Below, piece after piece: positions 23,170 through 32,147 of a DNA stretch of 32,147 nt. The stretch is taken from the NCBI RefSeq assembly GCF_004010195.1, contig NC_057711.1, positions 78,831,738 to 78,863,884 of the forward strand, given 5' to 3'. Both the position numbers and the translations under genes were made by a program. The stretch comes from Chiloscyllium plagiosum. Taxonomy: Eukaryota. The stretch's first letter is position 1. Each line of letters starts with the position of its first letter. The notes under the pieces are model-generated. The model saw nothing but the letters and a program-made list of their open reading frames with translations. It was not told the DNA's origin and did not search any database.

Positions 23170-25165
23170 GTGTGTAAGTGAATACCCTCTGACTGATTAC
23201 CTTATTTGGGGAGATCAAGATGTGGAATCATTTGGTGTGGAGGTAAGGAATAGTAGGTTATAGGTTATTCATGGGAGTGGTCTATAGGCCCTGTAAAAAC
23301 AACCATAATATATGGCAAAGTTCGTAGGAAGGAAAATTGGATGCTTGTGATAAAGGGATGCCAGTAATCTTAGGTGACTTTGATCTAGATTAAAACTGGA
23401 AGAACAGATTAACAGTAATAGCCTAGATGAAGAGTTCATTAAATCCTTTTGAGATTGTTTCTTAGAGCAGCACTTTCTGGAATTGACCAGAGGCCAGGCT
23501 ATACTAGACTTAGTATCGTTAATGCAACAGGATAATTTAAAAGCCTCAAAGTAAATTTTATACTTGGTTTCAAAGGGAGGAGATAAGGGCTAAGACTTGT
23601 ATTTGAAACCTAACTAAGGGCAACTATGTGAGCATGAAAGTTGAGGTAGCTGAAATAAACAGGTGTAGGAGATTCAGGGGTAGATCAGCAGAGGTGCAAT
23701 GCAGACATTAATGGGATTATTTCAGAATATTCCAAACCAGTTCATTTCTACTATAAAGAAAAAATTGAAAAGGAGGATCCACTATCCATAGTTAAGTAAA
23801 GAAAATAGGGAAAGCATCATACTTGAGGAAAAAGGTGTAGAAGTGTGCAAAGGTGAGTGGCAGGTCAGGTGATTTGTCAACTAATGAACTGGTAAATGCA
23901 TTGGCGCTAATCTTTGAAAATTGTCTTGATTCAGGAAAGTTGCTATCAGATTGGAAAGTAGGAAACATAGCCTCTATTCAAGAAGGGAGTGAAGCATAAA
24001 ACAGAAAACCGTAGTCTAGCTAGCTTGGCATCTATTGTGGGGAATGTGTTAGAATTGATCATTAAAGTGATTAAAGCTGAGCGTTTAGAAAAAAATCTTT
24101 GAGGAGAGAGTGAGGTCTGCAGATGCTGGAGATCAGAGCTGAAAATGTGTTGCTAGAAAAGCGCAGCAGGTCAGGCAGCATCCAGGGAACAGGAGAATCG
24201 TCGTTTTGGAAAAAAAGTCAAGCTAATTAGGAAGAGTCAACTTATTTTACCAATTTGTCAGAGTTCTTTGGAAGTGTACCTTGCTCTTTAGACAAATTGG
24301 GTGGACCTTTGGACATGCTGTACTTAGATTTCAGAAAGCGTTTGATAAGATGTAACTTCAAAGGTTACAGTGGAAAATAAAAGTTCATGGTATGGGGTAA
24401 CATTTTACTGTTGATAAAAGATTGGCTGAAAGAAGAGAAGAGAGAATGCATGAATCCGTCTTTGACAGGGTGCGATGACTGAGTCCTGAGAGGTTCTGTG
24501 CGGGGACCTCAACTTTTTGACATGTTACATCGAATACTTAGTTGCGGGGAATGAAGACATAGAACTGAATTCTCAAATGACACCAAGATAGGTAGGAAAG
24601 TAGGTTGTGATGAAGACACAAGTAAATTGAAGGTGGTTGTGAATAGATTGATTAAAAGGATAAAAAAAAAATTGGCACATGGAGTACAATGTGGGAAAAT
24701 GTCAAGTTGTTCACTTTGAAATAGAGAATGAAAATGCAGATTATTACCCAAATGGCAAATAACTATGGAATTCTGAGGTACAGAGGGATTTGGGTGTTCT
24801 AGTTCATGAGTCATAAAACATGAGTATGCAGGTACAATACTTAATTAAGGGGGTGAATGGGATGCAATTCTTTATTATGAGAGAAATATGTGGGTCAATT
24901 CAGTACCAAGGGGCACCTTTTAAAATTAAAGGACATGTTTTTAGAAATGAAGGAAAAATGTTATTTTAAAGGTTTAGGTACTCTGTAACTTTGCCTCATA
25001 AGGTGGAGAGACAGAGGTCATTAGATTCTTGTTGGTGAAGGGAATGAAAGACTATCAGGGCAGAATGTGAACTTTGAAGCACAAACAGATCTGTAATGAT
25101 CTTACTGAATGGTGGAGCATCTGAATGGTCAACTCCTATTCCCATTTTGTATGTATGCATGTATA
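23170..25165 (+). mobile_element. Degraded CR1 LINE (APE endonuclease remnant, RT remnant, 3' UTR)
   Basis: DVES..VEVRN / GVVYRP / VILGDF endonuclease-like motifs (23218-23380); YLDF.KAFDK-like (24320-24348) and NDTKIG (24577) RT motifs; 3' end ctcctattcccattttgtatgtatg. Confidence 0.8.
24102..24209 (-). mobile_element. Short Penelope-derived element (family A), truncated inside the hammerhead, nested in CR1
   Basis: ggagagagtgaggtctgcagatgctggagatcagagctgaaaatgtgttgc...ggagaatcgtcgttttgg is the reverse complement of the 13484-13590 type; gaaaaaaa on both flanks. Confidence 0.88.
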
Positions 25166-25959
25166 TATATCTGACATGATTTGCCTATAAGTGTACACTA
25201 ATACCACAATCATCATTTGATGGCCCAAGGGCAATTCTAGTAATCAAAAATGGCAAAAATGATTCCTATTTCACCCCCACATCTATCCTTTCCTCACAAA
25301 TCACACAAAATGCATGCTCAACAATAAACTTCATTGCTTTTCCAATGTGTAAAATAAGTGCTTAACCAAAAATAGAAAAAAAAATCACAATGTCGTGATT
25401 GCATTGAATTGTTTCTATGGCTTTTAATGCTTTCATTAAAATGTTTACTTCTAAACATCAGCTTCCCTTAGCAATTTGGACTTTGGTTTGACATTTTTTG
25501 CCGGAAGCTACATGCTATTAGCTGAATTTAGATTGTGAAGTATGATGTATGCATTGTACTTAATTTCTGAGAGTGTGTTTGCATTGTTCAGTCAGGTGCA
25601 ATGATAGAATGTAAAGAAAAATATTCTGTCAGTTTGACCTCAGTAGTTTTTCAAAATTTGAGTAAAAGCTAGAGGACAAATTTTCAGTAAGCTTGTTCAA
25701 GTGAAGAGTCTCTAAGGAGAAGTTCTGTGCATGTGTTTGAGCGAGATTAAGAACAAAACAAAAATCATGGTATTGGGTATACACTTGTAGTTTTTCTCTT
25801 TGTTCTCTTGGCTTCAAGAAATACTTATAAATAATTTGGTTCAGTTTTAAAAAGCACACAAGAGCAGAAAAAAATTGGGGTTGATACAGCTGTTAAAAAA
25901 AATTTGGTCTCAGCTGCAGTACCTTTTTCAATTTTAGGCACCAAACTTTTGAAAGAGTT

Positions 25960-26385
25960 CCACGGCCTTGAAGAGGATGAAAATATATAGACTAGAGTGG
26001 CACTAGGACTGAGGGATGGATGGTTGAGAGAAGCTAATACAGTCCCACTCAGACCTGAGAAGGTTAAAGAAGGACTTAATAAAGATGATCAACATTGTGA
26101 AGGATTACAATTGTGTAGATGAGGAGAAACCTTTACACTAATTAGTAGGTACCAGATGACACTAATTTTTGATAAGTGGTAATAGATTGGGAGATGAAGA
26201 GAATTTCATTCATGTCATGTGTTGTGAATTTGAATGTATTACCTCAAGGTTGCTATGTGTAGATTCAATATCAAGCTTCAAAAAAGGAATTTGAAAAACA
26301 CATGAAAATGAAAACTTTTTATGGTCATGGAAAAACAGCAAAGGAGTGGAATTAATAGAATTAATCTATCAGAGAGCCAACATAG
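25960..26385 (+). mobile_element. Very old CR1-like 3' fragment
   Basis: Degenerate RRLK.DLIKMINIVKDYNCVDEEK and SISSFKK; ends ggagtggaattaa...gagagccaacatag. Confidence 0.55.
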
Positions 26386-26429
26386 TTACCTGCTTCCTAA
26401 CAACTGCAAACTCAGCCTTGTCAATTCGG

Positions 26430-27935
26430 CAACATGATCCTTATCAAAATCTGCAGGCTGATATCAAACTTTGGAGAGCTGTCTCACAGACTAGTCAAGT
26501 AGTACTCACAGAATTGTACATCACAGACAGTGTCCGAGGCAACAACTTCACCATTGTTAGATAAGTCCTGTACCACCAGCTGGACAGGCGCAGCAGAGAT
26601 GGTATATAGTCAGGAGGGAACTGCCCAAAGAGTCTTCAAAATTGGTTCTGGACACCATGAAGCCTCATGGAATCAGTTCAAGTATAGGCAAAGAAAGGCC
26701 CCAATGTTACCATGTATCTAACCCCCTCCTTCGCAGATGAATCAGCATTCCTCCATGTTGAGTACCCTCAGAGGAAGTACTGAAGGTGGCAAGGGCACAA
26801 GAGTACTCTGAAAGGGGGACTTCAATGACTATCACCAAGCGTGGCTGAGCAGCACCTGTACTGACTGAGCTGGTCAACCCTTAAAGGAAATTGCTCTAGA
26901 CTAGGTCTTCAACAGGTGCAAAAAGAGCCATCAAGAGAGAAAGGAACATTTGACCACATCCTCACCAAAGTGCCACCATACTATTCATCCTGGCCTGCTC
27001 CAGAGATCCACAGCATCACAGATGTCAGTCTTCAACCAACTCCATTCATTCCATGTGATATCAAGAAGTGGTTTGAGGGAATGGAAACTGGAAAGGCTAT
27101 GGACCCTGACAATATTTCAGCAATAGACGTGAAGAGTTGTGCTATAGAACTTCTCATGCACTCAGCCAAACTGTTTCAGTACAGCTAGAACACTGGCATA
27201 TATCTGACAATGTGGAAAATTCTCCAGATATGGCCTGTATTAAATAAAAAGGACCAATACACCCTGGCAAATTACTGCTATGTCAATCGACTCTTGATCA
27301 TTGGCAAAATGATGGAATATGTCATTAACAGCGCTATCAAGTAGCACTTGCTTGGCAACACTTGCTCACTGTCGCCCAGTTTGGCTTTCTCCAAGGTGAC
27401 TCAAATCCTGACCTCATTACAGCCTTTGGTGAACTATGGACAAATCAGCTGAATTGAAGGTGAGGTGAGAGTGGCTGCCCTTGACATCAAGGCCACATTT
27501 GATGGAGTATGGCATGAAACAGCCCTCACACAAAGAAAGATGGTTGCAGTTGTTGGAGGTCAGTCATCTCAGTTTCAGGACCTCTTTGTAGGAATTTCTA
27601 ATGGTAATGGCTTATGCCCAACTATCTTCAGCTCTGTCATGAATGATCTTTCCCTCTATAAAAATGTTAGATATGCAGATATTGGCTGATAATTCCGCAG
27701 TACTCGACATCTTTCACAATTCTTCAGATGCTGAAGCTATCTATGTCAAATGTAACAACTCCTGGTCAACATTAGGCTTATATTAGGCAAATGCAAGTAG
27801 CATTTACACCACATAACCGCAGGCAATGCATCCTTGCTAAGGAGACAACCTAACCATCATCCCTTGATATTCAATTGCATTGCCATTGCTGCATCCTCCA
27901 CTACCAAAATCCTGGGGTTTCCCTTTGACCAGAAA
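26430..27935 (+). mobile_element. Degraded CR1-group LINE (endonuclease and RT), probably the same family as 22070-22950
   Basis: GELSHRLVK..LTELYITD endonuclease-like start; KAMDPDNISAIDVKSCAIELLMHSAKLFQYS (ORF 26916-27188); VRVAALDIKATFDGVWH (ORF 27465-27689). Confidence 0.85.
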
Positions 27936-27939
27936 GTTG

Positions 27940-29580
27940 GTGCTGATCTCCTATTTTATAACTCTCAATTTTGCTAACCAGGTTTTTATACGGTACTTTG
28001 TCAAATGCTTCTTAAAATCCACATGGACAATATTCATCACTTTATCTTCAAAAACCTTCTCTGTTACTTCATCAATCAATTCAATAATGTTAGTCCAGCA
28101 TGACCTGCTTTACAGATCAGGATGACCTCTCCTTAATTTGCTCAAAGCTCTTCATTTGCCTGTAAATAGTTTTCTCTGATTATTGTTTCTAAAACCTTAC
28201 ACATACGTGATAGTAAACTGATCGGCTTGTAGTTACAAGGAATGTTTGATACCATATTTTAAATAAGGTTGTCATATTTGCCACCTTCTAATCCTCTTGG
28301 ACCTCTCCTCATTACCTTCATTACTTCATTCACCTTTGTTTCTAATGATCTTGTATCAGCATTTTCTTCTTCAGAAAATACCAATGGAAATTATTCATTA
28401 AGTATTTTGACCTTTCCCTTTGCCTTGAATCAAATGTTCCCATTTCTTTCTGAACAAGACCACCCCACTTCCCAAACTCCACTTACTATTTACATTTTAT
28501 CTTATTATTTTCTACCCTGTATCTGAAACATTACTTCTTTAAACATTATTCATTGTTTTTCCTGTCAGTCTTTGGTTCATTGTACCATGGGCTGATCTCC
28601 TCTTATCCTTTTAAAGTTACTCATATTTTAAATAAGGTTGTCACATTTGCCACTCTTCAAACCTCTTGCACCTCTCCTCATATTGAGAGAATATTCAAAG
28701 AATATGACAACCTGAATGAAAGCAATATGGAGCAAGTGATCTATTGTCTCTAAGCATAGGCAAGCTTTCCAGTACATTCTTTTTATCAATTTTCACCCCT
28801 TCATTTCCTCAATCATCTTTGTTTCCATCAAAGTTCTATCAGCATCCTCTTCTTCAGAAAATACTAATGGAAATTATTTATTAGGTTTTCTGGCCTTGCT
28901 GTTTGCCTTGAATCAAATTTTACCTTTTTTTTAAACAAGATTCACCTCTTCTCCTAATATCTGCTTATTGTTTACATATTGGTAAAAAATGTTTTGTTTC
29001 CCCACTTATGCTGACTGCAATTCTACTCATTTTTTTCTTTGCCAGTCTTATTTCCTCGTCACTTTAACACTCAATTTGACATGATTCTTGCTTAAAGATT
29101 TCATCTGACCTGCATTTTACACCCTCTTTTTAACTTTCATATTTTCTATTTCTCTTGTCATTCAAAGTGCTCTGGCTTTGGTTACTTTGTCTTTCTCTCT
29201 TGTTGGAATGGAACTATGCTGTACCTGAAACATCACTTCTTTAAAGATTATTAATAGTTTTTCCTGTCAATATTTGCATCAAAGTGCAATATATTCCTTT
29301 TGAATAGGTCCCTCCTGACCCAGAACTTGTCCTAATATCCCTAGAATCTGAATTCCTCCTTCATACACAATACCTCAAGCCTTTTTGTCTTTCTGTGCAA
29401 TTTGGTACCATGGTCTGGACTGTGTTCCTTCAAGCACCAGCAGACATCAGTGCTGAACATTGGTTTGAAAGTGGCACTCACCCTGAAGACTTATAGATGG
29501 CCCTTCACCCATTTATTATCCTGACTCTCACTGCCTGTGTGATGACCCCCTCCTGGAACATACGAACCACAAAACTCTTG
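27940..29580 (-). mobile_element. Degraded CR1 LINE with an internal tandem duplication
   Basis: Minus strand 28070->27970 reads DEVTEKVFEDKVMNIVHVDFK, then FDKVPYKNLVSKI after a frameshift (CR1 RT D..KAFDKV motif); 28253-28575 and 28622-29280 are homologous. Extent beyond 29280 is less certain. Confidence 0.7.
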
Positions 29581-30039
29581 TTACAATGTAGTGAAAATGA
29601 ACTGTCAATTTTCAACTTGCATCATTTGACCTTAATACTTGAGACTTTCATGGACAGCAACTGGTTTTAAAAAGGACCCTTCTGACATAAAATAGTTGCT
29701 GTGATTACTTAATAAGCCAAAGCAACCCACATGGAATATATGAAGTACACGGCATTAGAATTACCATTTCAACCGAGAGGCTCTGAAACTTACTGATATT
29801 TCCAGAAATCCACATCTCTTGTTTTATTCATGGTAAATTCAGATACAGAGAGATGAAAGTTGCCTGCAACTATTCAGTTTGAAATGAAACAATGGCATAG
29901 GATCTGCAATGGAACATTATCAACTAGAATGAGTATGACTCACTGGGAAAGTGCATTGATTCACAATTCCCACTACTCCCAAGTCTCCACAGAAGTTAAT
30001 GATTTAATCAAAGGGTATAAATTTGCTGATTTACTTGTC

Positions 30040-30696
30040 TGTTGGAATCAGGTTAACAGAAAACACTGACCAGGTTCCTGTACTTAACAAGATCTACTGT
30101 TTACTACAAATAAGTAAATACTACTCAAAAGAAAAGATTTGAGATAACACTATCTATCTATTAAAACCGTAAGTTTATTTTAAAACCCCTATAAACACAT
30201 AAAAACAAATATAGATTAAGAAAAGAAAATTGGTTTTACGGTTGGAAGGAAAATAAATGGGAAACACAGTTCAGTAGCACCAGTCCACAGGGTTCATTGA
30301 AACATCTTTTTGGCTTGCCAAGACTTTCTGTTCTTCGATTTTCCTTTGCTAGGTCCGCTTACTTTCCTGCAGTAGGTACAGAGCAATTGGTAGCTGAAAA
30401 TGTGTTGCTGGAAAAGTGTAGCAGGTCAGGCAGCATCCAAGGAGCAGGAGAATCGACGTTTTGGGCATGAGCCCTTCTTCAGGAATTGGTACACTAACTA
30501 CAAAATCTTTTAGTTTTTGGCTAAATACAATAACTTGTAGCAATCAGTGAAAGAAAAAATAACTTTCTCTAGGATTCAGGTATTTTTACTGCTGACAGAG
30601 GTACAAATTATCGCCTTTCCAGTAATCCAAAGACTTTTCTCTGTACCTGCTACATCCACAAGCAGTTTAGCTGCTCTGGAGCCAATTAGAGAGTTA
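30040..30696. mobile_element. Possible LTR-like interspersed repeat fragment
   Basis: Starts with TGTT, non-coding, minus-strand AATAAA at ~30174-30179; the other terminus is hidden by CR1. General resemblance only. Confidence 0.25.
30393..30486 (-). mobile_element. Short Penelope-derived element (family A, 3'-truncated) with mutated hammerhead
   Basis: Minus strand attcCTGAAGAagggctcatgcccAAAAcgTCgattctcc...; 8-bp direct repeat aattggta 30385-30392 / 30484-30491. Confidence 0.9.
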
Positions 30697-31525
30697 AACA
30701 TAGAACATAGAACATTACAGCGCAGTACAGGCTGTTCAGCCCTCAATGTTGCACAGACCTGTGAAACCAATCTAAAACCCATCTAACCTGCACTATTCCA
30801 TTATCATCCATATGTTTATCCAATGACCATTTAAATGTCCTTTATGTTGGCGAGTCCACTACTGTTGCAGGCAGTGCTTTCCATGCCGTTACTACTCTCT
30901 GAATAAAGATAATACCTCTGACATCTGTCCTATATCTATTACCCCTAAATTTAAACCTACGCCCCCTTGTGCTAGCCATCACCATCCGAGGAAAAAAGCT
31001 CTCACTGTCCACACTATCTAATCCTCTGATCATCTTGTATGCCTCTATTAAGTCACCTTTTAACCTTCTTCTCTTAAGGAAAACAGCCACACAATGACTG
31101 CATAAAAATCAAAGCCAAAGGCTCTGCGATCTCCCCCCTAACTTCCCAGAGAATCCTAGGATAAATCCCATCTAACCCAGGCGACTTATCTATTTTCACA
31201 CTTTCCAGAATTGCTAACACCTCCTTGTAACCTCAATCCCGTCCAGTCTAATAGCCTGTATCTCAGTATTCTCCTCGACAACATTATATTTTTCCTGTAT
31301 GAATACTGACAAAAAGTATTCATTTAGTGCCTCTCCTATCTCTATAGACTCCACACACAACTTCACAGTACTATCCTTGACTGGCCCTAATCTTACCCGA
31401 GCCAATCTTTTATTCCTCACATGCCTGCAGAAAACTTTAGGGTTTTCCTTGATCCTACTTGCCAAAGACTTCTCATGGCTTCCCCTGGCTCTTCTTAGCT
31501 CTCTCTTTAGGTCCTTCCTGGCTAC
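30697..31525 (-). mobile_element. CR1 LINE with a large internal deletion (3' end 30697-31089 fused to upstream ORF2 segment 31090-31525)
   Basis: (ttctatg)n tail; ORF 30842-31090 RRLKGDLIEAYKMIRGLDSVD; ORF 31214-31564 ARKDLKRELRRARGSHEKSLASRIKENPK...LNEYFLSVF is the EN-RT linker. Confidence 0.9.
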
Positions 31526-31526
31526 T

Positions 31527-32147
31527 CTAGAACATAGAACATAGAAGAATACAGCACAGTACAAGCCCTTTGGCCCTCGATGTTGCGCCGATCCAAGCTC
31601 ACCTAACCTACACTAGCCCACTATCCTCCATATGCCTATCCAATGCCCGCTTAAATGCCCATAAAGAGGGAGAGTCCACCACTGCTACTGGCAGGGCATT
31701 CCAAGAACTCACGACTCGCTGAGTAAAGAACCTACCCCTAACATCTGTCCTATACCTACCACCCCTTAATTTAAAGCTATGCCCCCTCGTAATAGCTGAC
31801 TCCATACGTGGAAAAAGGTTCTCATGGTCAACCCTATCTAAACCCCTAATCATCTTGTACACCTTTATCAAGTCACCCCTAAACCTTCTTTTCTCCAATG
31901 AAAACAGCCCCAACTGCCTCAGCCTTTCCTCATACGATCTTCCTACCATACCAGGCAACATCCTGGTAAACCTCCTCTGAACCCATTCCAGTGCCTCCAC
32001 ATCCTTCCTATAGTATGACGACCAAAACTGCACACAATACTCCAGATGAGGCTGCACCAGAGTCTTATAAAACTGCAACATGACCTCAGGGTTCCGGAAC
32101 TCAATTCCTCTACCAATAAAAGCCAGTACGCCATACGCCTTCTTCAC
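31527..32147 (-). mobile_element. Young CR1 LINE 3' portion with uninterrupted ORF2 C-terminus (31608-32147), continuing beyond the window
   Basis: 179 open codons: KKAYGVLAFIGRGIEF...PHLEYCVQFWS...RRFTRMLPG...TRGHSFKLRGGRYRTDVRGRFFTQRVVSSWNALP; tail agaacatagaacatagaa. Confidence 0.95.

Overview
Eukaryotic, repeat-dense, apparently non-coding (intergenic or intronic) DNA. The repeat families (HER1/CR1-type LINEs, an HE1-type V-SINE, short Penelope-derived elements) are those of cartilaginous fishes, so a shark genome is inferred. I can support no host protein-coding exon; most ORF-track entries are transposon fragments or chance ORFs. Roughly half the window is retroelement-derived: CR1 and L2 LINE remnants, a second CR1-group LINE family, an internally deleted Ty3/Gypsy element (3' LTR, PPT, IN, part of RT, PR, Gag) carrying nested insertions, a Penelope GIY-YIG fragment, a possible Harbinger remnant, and a ~1.3-kb non-autonomous element with a 22-unit, 32-bp minisatellite. 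The most notable signal is a set of at least seven Penelope-derived insertions, mostly ~95-210 bp, carrying a minimal type I hammerhead ribozyme motif (CTGANGA-A-stem II-GAAA-CG-TH). Most have 8-16 bp target-site duplications, one forms a perfect 78-bp inverted repeat with an intact ribozyme at its apex, and several carry the same CpG transition in the catalytic core. Family names come from motif recognition, not database searches; boundaries of degraded elements are approximate.
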